NCBI GenBank assembly: GCA_963664705.1
Contig: OY761556.1
Location: 3,680,001 to 3,744,000, forward strand
Length of the DNA: 64,000 nt
Source of the DNA: Acidobacteriota bacterium
Lineage (GTDB): Bacteria > Acidobacteriota > UBA6911
Direction: 5' to 3'
In this document: positions 1 through 9,020 of the stretch, piece by piece
Layout: each line of letters begins with the position of its first letter
Position numbering within the stretch: position 1 is the stretch's first letter
Position numbers and translations under genes: made by a program
The notes under the pieces: generated by a model
What the model saw: only the letters and a program-made list of their open reading frames with translations
What the model was told of the DNA's origin: nothing
Databases searched by the model: none

Positions 1-14
1 CTGCGATCGCGGCG

Positions 15-518
15 ATGGGCGTTCAATACTACACCTCCCGATATGATGACATCATCGGCTTGACGGCAGCACGCCACGGCGTTGATTTTTATCTTGTGAA
101 GGCGCTGATTTTCGAAGAAAGCTGGTTCCGCTCCGGAATCCGTGGCCCTGCCGGGGAGGTGGGCCTGATGCAGATCACCCCTGCCGCAGCTTCCGATTTC
201 TCGGGATATAAAGGATTCCCGCCCCTGGAAACCGAGCGTCTTCTGGAGCCGGAGCTGAATCTGGAAATAGGCTGCTGGTATCTTCAAAAGTCGCTGGAGC
301 ATTATAGGAATTCGCCTCACCCCGAACTCTATGCGCTTCTTCGCTACAACGCCGGGGAATCCCGAGCCGATGCATGGCTGAAACGCGCCCTGGCCGAACC
401 TCCCGCGGCCGGCATGTCTTCGGAAAATCACTATCTCTCACTGGTCGATTTTCCCAAAACACGGGCTTATGTGCACAGAATACTCAAACGAGCCCGTTCG
501 CATAATTTCTGGTTTTAA
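15..518 (+). CDS. Soluble lytic transglycosylase (SLT domain); probably 5'-truncated by window edge
   Basis: Motifs ALIFEES (catalytic Glu), GLMQI, YNAG, YVHRI; frame is open back to the window start. Confidence 0.85.
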   Translation: MGVQYYTSRYDDIIGLTAARHGVDFYLVKALIFEESWFRSGIRGPAGEVGLMQITPAAASDFSGYKGFPPLETERLLEPELNLEIGCWYLQKSLEHYRNSPHPELYALLRYNAGESRADAWLKRALAEPPAAGMSSENHYLSLVDFPKTRAYVHRILKRARSHNFWF

Positions 519-587
519 TAGCGTCGCTGAAGACTGTTGCATGCCAGCCGCAAAGGGTCTGCTGAAAACCGTCATCCTTTTTCAACA

Positions 588-616
588 TTGACATCCCTTA
601 TGCTCAAGCCTAGTAT
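588..616 (+). promoter_or_regulatory. sigma70-type promoter of nadA-nadC
   Basis: TTGACA (588-593), 17-nt spacer, TAGTAT (611-616). Confidence 0.7.
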
Positions 617-618
617 AA
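598..618. promoter_or_regulatory. Degenerate NadQ-type operator overlapping the -10 element
   Basis: TTATGCTCA-AGC-CTAGTATAA versus recalled consensus ttATRCTCannntGAGYATaa. Confidence 0.55.
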
Positions 619-657
619 GTTTTTGGCCCCAAATTGGGCCAGTTTTTTAACCCCCAT

Positions 658-678
658 ATATGCTCATAATGAGCATAA
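658..678. promoter_or_regulatory. NadQ-type operator (21-bp palindrome)
   Basis: ATATGCTCA-TAA-TGAGCATAA, perfect 8-bp arms, just upstream of nadA RBS. Confidence 0.75.
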
Positions 679-691
679 CGAGGTTAGGCTG

Positions 692-1735
692 GTGGAATTA
701 AAGAAACAAGAAGAAAACACAAGTGCAAGGACGCCGGTTTTGACTCCGGATATCCTGCAGGAAACCGCATCCATTTACGAGCGCGTGCGCCACATCATCC
801 CCGCAATGGAGTGGCCGGTGCATGCCCCGTATGTCTCGGCCATCCTGCGGTTGAAAAACGAACGCAAAGCCGTCATCCTGGCCCATAATTATCAGACGCC
901 GGAGATCTTTCACGGTGTTGCGGACATAACGGGAGACTCCCTGGCCCTCGCCCGCGAAGCTTCCAAAATTGATGCCGATATCATCGTCCTGTGCGGAGTT
1001 CACTTCATGGCCGAGACTGCCAAGCTGCTGAATCCGAGCAAGACGGTGTTGATCCCCGACCTTGAGGCCGGCTGTTCGCTGGCTTCATCCATTACGGCGG
1101 AAGACATACGCCTCCTTCGGCAGCAGTATCCGGGCGTCCCGGTGGTCACTTATGTAAACACCTCAGCGGCTGTTAAAGCGGAGTCGGACATCTGCTGCAC
1201 TTCTGCCAACGCCGTGCGCGTCGTAGAATCGCTGGATTCCGATCGAGTCATTTTCCTCCCGGATGAATTTCTGGGACGCTATGTTGCCTCCCAGACCAGA
1301 AAAAAGGTGATCCTGTGGAAGGGCCACTGCGAAGTCCACGAAAAATTCACCGCGCAAGATCTGCGCAGCTATCGAGAGCAATTTCCTGAAATCGTTATTC
1401 TTGCGCATCCCGAGTGTCCGCCCGATGTTCTGGCCGAGGCCGATTACGTAGGTTCTACGGCAGGCATGATCGATGAGGTAGGAATTCGCAGACCGCGCCG
1501 CGTGCTGATGGTCACCGAATGCTCAATGAGCGACAACGTCGCGGTGGAGTATCCAAACATCGAGTTTGTTCGTCCCTGTAATCTCTGCCCGCACATGAAA
1601 CTGATCACCTTGCCAAAAATTCTCGAATCCCTGCAGTCGATGAAGCACGTTGTCGAAGTGGATCCGCTGATCGCCGATCGTGCACGGCAGGCTGTGCAGC
1701 GAATGCTTGAAATTGGATCGAAACCGGTGCGCTGA
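692..1735 (+). CDS. nadA: Quinolinate synthase NadA
   Basis: [42 protein letters not shown]; GTG start at 692 chosen after GAGGT (ORF track starts 623, inside the operator region). Confidence 0.97.
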   Translation: MELKKQEENTSARTPVLTPDILQETASIYERVRHIIPAMEWPVHAPYVSAILRLKNERKAVILAHNYQTPEIFHGVADITGDSLALAREASKIDADIIVLCGVHFMAETAKLLNPSKTVLIPDLEAGCSLASSITAEDIRLLRQQYPGVPVVTYVNTSAAVKAESDICCTSANAVRVVESLDSDRVIFLPDEFLGRYVASQTRKKVILWKGHCEVHEKFTAQDLRSYREQFPEIVILAHPECPPDVLAEADYVGSTAGMIDEVGIRRPRRVLMVTECSMSDNVAVEYPNIEFVRPCNLCPHMKLITLPKILESLQSMKHVVEVDPLIADRARQAVQRMLEIGSKPVR

Positions 1736-1737
1736 CC

Positions 1738-2628
1738 ATGACCTATAACTCTATCCCGCATCTTCTGCCTCCATACCCGATTCTATATGAAGAAACCGTT
1801 CGCCGCGCCTTGCTGGAGGATCTCGGCCGGGCCGGAGACGCAACGACAGATGCGATCGTTTCGTCAAAAGACACGGCGCTCGCTTTGATTGAAGCGCGCG
1901 GTCCCGGACGCACGGCCGGCATTCACATTGCCGAATGCGCTTTCCATTGTCTTGACGCCGGGTTGACCTTCGAAGCGCTGATTCCTGATGGTCAGGACGT
2001 TGATGCGGGATTCACGCTGGCGGTTATTCGTGGCTCGGCTCGCCCGATTCTATCAGCCGAGCGCACCGCCCTGAATTTCTTTATGCGTCTGTCCGGAATT
2101 GCCACGGTGACTCGAGATATTGTGCGACGGATTTCCGCATATTCCGCGCAGGTTGTCTGCACGCGAAAAACAACTCCGGGGCTCCGCGCTCTTGAAAAAT
2201 ACGCAGTGCGTGCCGGTGGAGGATCAAACCATCGCTTCGGACTTGATGATGCCGTTTTGATCAAAGATAACCATATCGTTGTCGCGGGGGGCATTTCAGA
2301 AGCAATTCAGCGGGTCCGCCGCCATGTCGGCCACATGGTCAAAGTTGAGGTGGAAGTCGACACACTCCAGCAATTGGATGAGGCTCTCAAGGAAAAGGTC
2401 GATGCCGTCCTGCTCGACAACATGCCGGTTGCCACACTTGCCGAAGCGGTGCGAATTACCGGCAAAAGGGCTATCACGGAAGCATCCGGCGGGGTCACAC
2501 CCCTGACAGCAGAGGCAATTGCCGCTACGGGCGTGGACCTGATTTCGATTGGATGGATTACTCACAGCGCCCCTGCATTGGATCTAGCGCTGGACTTCAA
2601 GCCGCAGGCATCGGTCAATGCCCTGTAG
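1738..2628 (+). CDS. nadC: Nicotinate-nucleotide pyrophosphorylase (quinolinate phosphoribosyltransferase)
   Basis: ERTALNF, TRKTTPG, HRFGL, IKDNH, EVEV, LLDN, EASGG. Confidence 0.97.
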   Translation: MTYNSIPHLLPPYPILYEETVRRALLEDLGRAGDATTDAIVSSKDTALALIEARGPGRTAGIHIAECAFHCLDAGLTFEALIPDGQDVDAGFTLAVIRGSARPILSAERTALNFFMRLSGIATVTRDIVRRISAYSAQVVCTRKTTPGLRALEKYAVRAGGGSNHRFGLDDAVLIKDNHIVVAGGISEAIQRVRRHVGHMVKVEVEVDTLQQLDEALKEKVDAVLLDNMPVATLAEAVRITGKRAITEASGGVTPLTAEAIAATGVDLISIGWITHSAPALDLALDFKPQASVNAL

Positions 2629-2736
2629 TTGCGGCCTCCTGGGTTGCTGCCTTCAGGAGGGTCCGACGGCTTTTCCCGAACCAAAATCGCTGTTGCCGCG
2701 TATTATTGTTCCGGAAACCAGAAAAGGAGTGTTCGG

Positions 2737-3618
2737 ATGGGAAAGAATCCGTCGCCCGTGAAAAAGCAATCCCAGGGCCTTGATTTCGTTCGCGATGTTC
2801 TCTACGCCCTCATCGCGGTACTCATTATCAACAGCTTTGTCCTGGCCTCTTTCGAAGTTCCAACCGGATCCATGGAGGACACGGTAAAGATCGGGGACCG
2901 GCTGTTCGTGAACAAATTTATCTATGGGGGCACCACACCCTACACCATTCCATTGACATCAATCCGCATCCCCCATCTTCGCGTTCCCGGATTTCGCCGG
3001 GTCAAGCAGGGAGATGTGATTGTTTTCGATTGGCCCGGCCCGAGGGACCAGGTAGAGAAACCAAGCCAGACCTGGTATCTCAAGCGCTGTATCGGCCTGC
3101 CGGGTGACGTTATCCGAATCGACGAGCGTGTTGTTACGGTAAACGGAAAGAAGACGCCTTTGCCGCCGCATGGCAAATTCCTTCGGCCGGAACCGGAACC
3201 GTCGGATTACCGCAATCCAAACATTTTCCCGAACGGAGCCAATTTTAACGCGGACAACTACGGTCCAATCACGGTCCCGCAGAAAGGAATGACGCTGGTT
3301 CTCAATGCCCAGACATTCCCCGGATGGCAAGTTTTCATCCAGAGGGAGGGGCATTCAGCGGAAATGGCGGACGGTAAGATACGGATCGACGGCAAGGAGA
3401 CATCCTACTACGTTGTTGGACGGGATTACATCTTTGCCATGGGAGACAATCGCGACAACAGCCTGGACAGCAGGTACTGGGGCTTTGTGCCGATGGAGGA
3501 TGTCATTGGAACGCCGATGATTGTTTATTGGTCGTGGGATCCGCAGATATCCATTTTCGATATTTTCAACAAAATCAGCTCCATCAATCCACGACGTATC
3601 GGCACCATCGTCCGATAG
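2737..3618 (+). CDS. lepB: Signal peptidase I
   Basis: TM helix then VPTGSME (Ser), YLKRC (Lys), GDNRDNSLDSRYWG; ATG 2737 after AGGAG. Confidence 0.95.
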   Translation: MGKNPSPVKKQSQGLDFVRDVLYALIAVLIINSFVLASFEVPTGSMEDTVKIGDRLFVNKFIYGGTTPYTIPLTSIRIPHLRVPGFRRVKQGDVIVFDWPGPRDQVEKPSQTWYLKRCIGLPGDVIRIDERVVTVNGKKTPLPPHGKFLRPEPEPSDYRNPNIFPNGANFNADNYGPITVPQKGMTLVLNAQTFPGWQVFIQREGHSAEMADGKIRIDGKETSYYVVGRDYIFAMGDNRDNSLDSRYWGFVPMEDVIGTPMIVYWSWDPQISIFDIFNKISSINPRRIGTIVR

Positions 3619-3667
3619 CGCGGATTCACCGTAGCCGGGGAGCGCGTCTGCGAATCAAGACGCGCCC

Positions 3668-4123
3668 CTAGCGGCGAACGGCAAAGAAGGACCGCATGAT
3701 TTCGGCGCACTCTTCCTGCAGCACTCCGGCGGTAACCTGGAACGAATGATTCAGTGGAGCCCATTGCTCCATCTGGTATCGGGAATGAAGGGCCCCGGCT
3801 TTGGGATCCGGGGCACCATAGATTACCGCTTCGACCCTCGCCTGAATGAGCGCCCCCACACACATGATGCAAGGCTCGATGGTAACGATCAGGATGGATC
3901 CCGGGAGGCGGTAATTCATATTACTTTTGGCCGCATGGCGCAATGCAACGACTTCGGCATGAGCCGTAGGATCCTTCAGCTTAATGGGACTATTGTGCCC
4001 ACGCCCGACTATTTTTTCGTTCAGAAGCACGACCGCCCCCACGGGCACTTCTCCTGCCGCCTCCGCTTTTCGTGCTTCGGCAAGCGCTTCTCGCATCCAC
4101 ATTTCCGCCGTCGCGAGGTCCAT
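3668..4123 (-). CDS. tadA: tRNA adenosine(34) deaminase
   Basis: EVPVGA, DPTAHAE, EPCIMC, C-terminal SFFAVRR. Confidence 0.93.
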   Translation of the reverse strand: MDLATAEMWMREALAEARKAEAAGEVPVGAVVLLNEKIVGRGHNSPIKLKDPTAHAEVVALRHAAKSNMNYRLPGSILIVTIEPCIMCVGALIQARVEAVIYGAPDPKAGALHSRYQMEQWAPLNHSFQVTAGVLQEECAEIMRSFFAVRR

Positions 4124-4195
4124 TAGGCTCTCCTGTCTGGCTCCAACTCATTTTTCTCAGCATTAACCGGCTGAAGGAGACCGAAAACGAGTACA

Positions 4196-5176
4196 ATGCG
4201 CGATATGAAAAAATCCGGGCTCATGGTACACAGCCTCAAACTCCTGGTAACGCTGCTGCTGCTTTCCCTCGTCTTTATATCTGTCGATATATCCAAAATC
4301 AGCCAAGACCTCAAGTCTTTTAGTGCAATATCACTCATTCTCCTGTGCCTTCTTTGCTGGGCAGGGCAACTGCTGTGCTCGGAGAGATGGAGAATCTTCG
4401 CCGCATCTTTACAGATGCAGGGAACTTATCGCAGTTTCGTCCAGGTGTATTTTGCGGGTATGTTCTTTAACATCGGGCTGCCCTCGCTGGTGGGCGGGGA
4501 CGTTATCAAGGCCTATATCATCGGGCGAAAAAATAACAAACCGCTGCAAATCGGCCTGGCATCCGTCCTCCTGGACAGGGCTTCAGGATTGATTTCGCTG
4601 CTGGTCTACGGATCCATTGCCACTGTCCTGGCTCCGATGGCCTGGAGAGGAATTCCGCTTTGGAGCGTATACGCTATATCCTGGCTGGCAATCGCTGTTG
4701 TATTATTGCTTGTCTCCAAGGGAGACCGGCTTTACCGCAGGCTCCTCGATCCCCGGAGCGGGACGCTGTTGCAGAAGGCTCTTCAGACAATCGCCGATTT
4801 TCATCAGGCATTGGCCGTGAGCACCCTGAGCCCGGGAGCGGCGCTGCGGATTGCCGTGTATTCGTTCATTTATTCGGGCCTTGTATTGTGGGTATTTCAG
4901 CAGGTAACCGTTGCAGCGAGATATAGCGTCAGTCTTATCGCCTTTTCGGCGCTCTTCCCGCTGATAGCAATCGGGACCATGCTTCCCATCACACTTGGAG
5001 GCATAGGCCTCCGGGAGTGGCTATACGTTGAAGCCCTGTCACTGGTCGGAGTACCTAGAGACCAGGGGCTTCTCATATCGCTGGCCACCTCGGCCCTTTA
5101 CCTGGTAATCAACTTTGCCGGAATTCTATTTCTGCCTACAGTCCCGATGGAACTGCGGAAGCGCGAAGAGCATTGA
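4196..5176 (+). CDS. Lysylphosphatidylglycerol synthase TM / flippase-like membrane protein (UPF0104 type)
   Basis: RW...FFNIGLPSLVGGDVIK, LLDR, LPITLGGIGLRE; multiple TM helices. Confidence 0.85.
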   Translation: MRDMKKSGLMVHSLKLLVTLLLLSLVFISVDISKISQDLKSFSAISLILLCLLCWAGQLLCSERWRIFAASLQMQGTYRSFVQVYFAGMFFNIGLPSLVGGDVIKAYIIGRKNNKPLQIGLASVLLDRASGLISLLVYGSIATVLAPMAWRGIPLWSVYAISWLAIAVVLLLVSKGDRLYRRLLDPRSGTLLQKALQTIADFHQALAVSTLSPGAALRIAVYSFIYSGLVLWVFQQVTVAARYSVSLIAFSALFPLIAIGTMLPITLGGIGLREWLYVEALSLVGVPRDQGLLISLATSALYLVINFAGILFLPTVPMELRKREEH

Positions 5177-5262
5177 CGTTCCGCATACTTGTGGCCTTTT
5201 CCGAGTTTTCTGCGTTCCCGGAATGATGTAAGCTAAATAGATAGTTCATCAACAGGTTCATT

Positions 5263-6786
5263 ATGGATAACTCAAGTGAAGAACGTTTGAAAATTGCAGT
5301 TTTTATCGATTTCGATAACATTGCCATTGGCGTCAAACAATCCCTCAATCGCAACTTCGATGTCGGGACAGTGTTGGAAGCCATCAAGGAAAAAGGACAG
5401 GTCATTTCCAAAATTGCGTATGGCGACTGGAAACGAGCGGAAGACTTCAGTCGAGCCATGACGCAGCACGCCGTACAGATGGTGCAGAGGAATTTGACAC
5501 CGGGAGGGGATAAAAACGGTGCGGATATCGCTCTGGCATTGGATGCGCTTGAAATGGCCTTCACCAGGGATCACATCAACGCTTATGTCATTGTCGGAGG
5601 AGACAGTGACTTCATTGCGCTGGTGGAAAAACTGAAACAGTATGACAAGACGGTATTCGTAGTTGGCGGTCGGCAGTTTACAAGCGTGATACTCCAAAAG
5701 AACTGCCATGAATTCATCTCCTATGAAAACCTCGTCGGCATACAACCTATCGCGCGTAGATCTATAGGCAAGGCGCCAATCCCGGGCACCTCTTCCCTGG
5801 AAAGCACTCTCCCGTTGATTCGCCGCGCCCTGAAAGTTTTATCCGATCGTGAAGTGTCGCCTCAACTGGGGCTCCTCAAAAGCACGCTTTTGCAGCTCGA
5901 TTCCACTTTCTCCGAAAGAGACTACGGAGTCAGCAGTTTCCGCGATTTCATCCAGAAACTCGCCGATGCCGGGTTTGTCAATTTGAAGCAGGTCGATCGC
6001 AGCCTGCTCGTCGAATTGAAGGATATAGCGGAAGAAGGAACTGAAGGGACCAAAGAAATATCGGAACCGCAGGTGGTCGTTGCCGCGGTACCGGAATCGG
6101 ATCCTGTTTCTGACACCACCGTGGCTGGGGATCAGGCTGCGCCCGCGCCGCAACCGTCCTCCACGCTATCGGGCACGGAGGCAACCGCTGCTTTGGAGGA
6201 ATTGCTGCGGGATTCAAAGGCCAAGCCCCACTGGCCGATGTACCTGCGCACCTTCAAACAGTTCCTGCGTTCTCTTCAGCCGCCGTTTGACGAAAGGCAA
6301 TATGGCTTTTCCAGCACCTACGAACTGGTCCGGCAGGCGCATAAAGACGGCTTGCTCCGCGTAGAACGTAACCGGCAGGGCATCCTGAGGATTTATCCCG
6401 CCGAACGGTTCCCGCGTACGGCTCCGGAACAACCGTCAGGCGAGGCTATGCCCGCGGAGATTCTGGAACCGATGCAGGAACTACCCATTCCGGAGGCAGA
6501 CGGCATCGAACGGAGCCACGAGCCCGTGCTGCAAACCGAGCTTCCGGAACCCTTCCTGGAGGTGCAGGCAGAAATCGCTGAGCCATCCATGGAACAGGAT
6601 GCGCCAATAGAATCGGAGTCGTCCACTGAACCCCTGTTCCCCATCCAGCAGGAACCGGTGGAAATTTTGGAAGAGGTTGCCGACGAACCCGTCCGCAAAC
6701 CCAAGCCGAAACGAACGAGAAAGCCTTCGGGAGGCAAGCCCACACGGGCTCCGAGAAAGACCCGATCCAAAGCATCCTCAAATTGA
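5263..6786 (+). CDS. NYN-domain (LabA/DUF88) protein with two OST-HTH/LOTUS domains and acidic then basic disordered tail
   Basis: VFIDFDN, KNGADI, GGDSDF; LOTUS-like FSERDYGVSSF and FDERQYGFSS. Confidence 0.88.
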   Translation: MDNSSEERLKIAVFIDFDNIAIGVKQSLNRNFDVGTVLEAIKEKGQVISKIAYGDWKRAEDFSRAMTQHAVQMVQRNLTPGGDKNGADIALALDALEMAFTRDHINAYVIVGGDSDFIALVEKLKQYDKTVFVVGGRQFTSVILQKNCHEFISYENLVGIQPIARRSIGKAPIPGTSSLESTLPLIRRALKVLSDREVSPQLGLLKSTLLQLDSTFSERDYGVSSFRDFIQKLADAGFVNLKQVDRSLLVELKDIAEEGTEGTKEISEPQVVVAAVPESDPVSDTTVAGDQAAPAPQPSSTLSGTEATAALEELLRDSKAKPHWPMYLRTFKQFLRSLQPPFDERQYGFSSTYELVRQAHKDGLLRVERNRQGILRIYPAERFPRTAPEQPSGEAMPAEILEPMQELPIPEADGIERSHEPVLQTELPEPFLEVQAEIAEPSMEQDAPIESESSTEPLFPIQQEPVEILEEVADEPVRKPKPKRTRKPSGGKPTRAPRKTRSKASSN

Positions 6787-6885
6787 TGTATACTGCGGGC
6801 ACTTAGGAGCATGTCCTGAAAGCTGGATATGCTCCTGGGGTCTGCACCAACCGCAGACTCTTAACCACTTTGGGACGGGTGCCTC

Positions 6886-7098
6886 ATGATCTGGGAATGG
6901 ATTGCAGAAAAAGGTACAAGCCTGCTGTCATTCGTAATCGGTCTGGGACTCATTGGGATATCGTTTCTGGAGCCCCAGTATCGGTATTTTTTCCTCTGCA
7001 TTGCCCTCATCGCCTTTTGGTATGGGTACCGGCAATTGAAGAAACACGACACGCCATTTCAACGCCGAGAGCGTGAAATGAAAAGGAAGCAACTCTAG
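6886..7098 (+). CDS. Small two-TM membrane protein
   Basis: 70 aa, two hydrophobic helices, basic C-terminus. Confidence 0.6.
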   Translation: MIWEWIAEKGTSLLSFVIGLGLIGISFLEPQYRYFFLCIALIAFWYGYRQLKKHDTPFQRREREMKRKQL

Positions 7099-7134
7099 CG
7101 AAGAGCAGCCACATGCTTTTTGCAGGGATTTTAC

Positions 7135-7169
7135 TTCCAGATTCCAGATTCCAGATTTCGGATTCCAGA
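7135..7169. repeat. Heptamer tandem repeat (TTCCAGA x5, one variant)
   Basis: TTCCAGA TTCCAGA TTCCAGA TTTCGGA TTCCAGA. Confidence 0.8.
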
Positions 7170-7299
7170 TAAAGACCGAGGACAGGGAGCGCTGTCCGGA
7201 TAATGCCCTATATTATTTGCAAAAAGGTACCCCCGAATGGGAACCGTGGAATGCGTCAGCTTGCCGCCGGGGCAACGTCGATCCCGGTAAGCCACAAAT

Positions 7300-7332
7300 A
7301 AAAAAGGGCACAGGCAACATTCTCCTGCACCC
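7300..7332 (-). terminator. Intrinsic terminator of TPR gene
   Basis: Minus strand GGGTGCAGG-loop-CCTGTGCCC-TTTTTT (pairs fully only on minus strand via GU). Confidence 0.75.
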
Positions 7333-7358
7333 TTATTTATCTCGAATTTAATCGTCGC

Positions 7359-8858
7359 CTATTTATTCCGACGATTGATAAGAACGATCATATCCTTCGC
7401 TCTCTGAACTTTGTCCGCATCCTGACTCTTTTCAATGAATTTCGTCAGAAGCTCTTTGGCACGGGGATCGTTATCCTTGTCCGCGTAATAGGACTGACCC
7501 AGATCAAAGGCTGCATCCATATTGTCCGGATTAATCTTGACGACGCGTTCCAATGCCGCTTTGGCCATCTTTGGTTCTTTGCTGGCAGTCGTCTTTGCCA
7601 AGCCGAGAAGGACCTTTTCCGGGCTTTCGGACGACTTCGGATCTACGATGGTATCCAGAGCCTCATCGTACTTCTTTTGATCCAGGTAATATTGAGCGAA
7701 AGCATTGCGAACCTCGCCCTGCTTGTCGGCAGGAGCCAATTCAAGCGCTTTCTTGAAGGAAGTCACGGCCTCGGGATTGTTCAGCTTAGACTGGGCTCTT
7801 CCAATCTGCCTCCAGATCGGCCATTGCTTATCCACTGGAACCAGGGCCTTGGCATCTTCGAATCTCTTCAGAGCAGCCGCGGCGTCGCCGACTTGAAGAA
7901 GCTTGGTTCCTTCGTCCAGATCAGCCTGAGCCTTTTCAAGAAGCCCTCTCTCCTTCTGGGCGAGAATGGTCTTCTTCATGTCGTCATATTGGCCGGGCTT
8001 CAATTTGATGGCGTTATCTATAGATGCAATCGCGGCATCGAAATTCTTCAAATTGTATTGAGCGATCGCCATATTTGCGTGAAAATCGGGATTATTGGGT
8101 TCCGATTTAAGCAGCTCGGAAAAGTCCTTCACCGCCTGCTCGTAGTTCTTCGCACGCAATGCGCTTTCCGCCCGGATAGAAGGGATCTTCTTCTTCACAT
8201 TTTGAGCGCTCTGGCTTATTTGCTCATAGGGATTCGGTCCGGATGGGTTGGGCGACGGCAGCGTAGCCATTGCACTGGCAACCTCTACGGTTCTGTCCAG
8301 TCCGGCGGCAGCCTCCTCATACTTGCCCAACTGCAATTTCGTTACCGAAAGGTAATAGAGCGACTCGGCACTCGATGGATTCAGGGAAAGAACTTCCGTA
8401 AACAACTTCTCGGCATCGGCCATTTTCTGCGCCTTATACGCTTCAAGTGCCTGCCCCATGGTTGCCTCGGCTTTCTTCATGCCCAGATCATCTTCGAAAT
8501 AAAGCTTGGCTTCCGGAGAGCCGGCCTGCAGCTTGAGTGTGACCGGTACAGCAGTTCCCTTTAAGATCGCAAATTCATACAGCGCGGGCGCCAAACCCTC
8601 TTTGCGTCCTACCACACGATATGCACCGTCTTCCAGCTTGGCAAATTCCGCCACACCCTGGGCATCGGATTTCTTATCCTTGGGTTTTTGCGGGTTTTTC
8701 ATCGGAATGGCAAAAACCTTTACATCCTTTATCGGCGCACCGGATGCATCAAGGCACTTGACCTGCAGCGTGGTCTCAGCCAACGCGGGCAGGGCCAAAA
8801 AGAAAATTGCAAATCCAGCCAAACAAAGACAAATTGTTTTCCAGTAGTTTATTTTCAT
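7359..8858 (-). CDS. Secreted TPR protein with N-terminal carboxypeptidase-regulatory-like (Ig-like) domain
   Basis: Signal peptide ending ALA; KSDAQGVAEFAKLEDGAY; many TPR helices; start re-set to MKINY. Confidence 0.8.
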   Translation of the reverse strand: MKINYWKTICLCLAGFAIFFLALPALAETTLQVKCLDASGAPIKDVKVFAIPMKNPQKPKDKKSDAQGVAEFAKLEDGAYRVVGRKEGLAPALYEFAILKGTAVPVTLKLQAGSPEAKLYFEDDLGMKKAEATMGQALEAYKAQKMADAEKLFTEVLSLNPSSAESLYYLSVTKLQLGKYEEAAAGLDRTVEVASAMATLPSPNPSGPNPYEQISQSAQNVKKKIPSIRAESALRAKNYEQAVKDFSELLKSEPNNPDFHANMAIAQYNLKNFDAAIASIDNAIKLKPGQYDDMKKTILAQKERGLLEKAQADLDEGTKLLQVGDAAAALKRFEDAKALVPVDKQWPIWRQIGRAQSKLNNPEAVTSFKKALELAPADKQGEVRNAFAQYYLDQKKYDEALDTIVDPKSSESPEKVLLGLAKTTASKEPKMAKAALERVVKINPDNMDAAFDLGQSYYADKDNDPRAKELLTKFIEKSQDADKVQRAKDMIVLINRRNK

Positions 8859-9020
8859 AGCTATCTCAACTGATTTGATGAAAAGCACACATCCTTTACG
8901 GATTAACCCTAAGACGATACACGCAAGAATCCCATCTTGCAACTAATTGTCACTTTCCCTGCTACGGTGAAGTCAGAGAAGATACGCCTATTTTTCCGCC
9001 CTTTTCCGCGACTTCGGTGC

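Noticed and set aside
623-691. N-terminal extension of NadA from TTG 623 (similar extensions for lepB, cvpA, groES, yraN)
   Set aside because: Extensions run through promoter or operator DNA; downstream starts fit family N-termini and in several cases have a clear RBS
7226-7295. SRP RNA, 6S RNA or HDV-like ribozyme
   Set aside because: Lacks the SRP GGAA tetraloop domain, too short for 6S, and HDV-like fragments are in the wrong order
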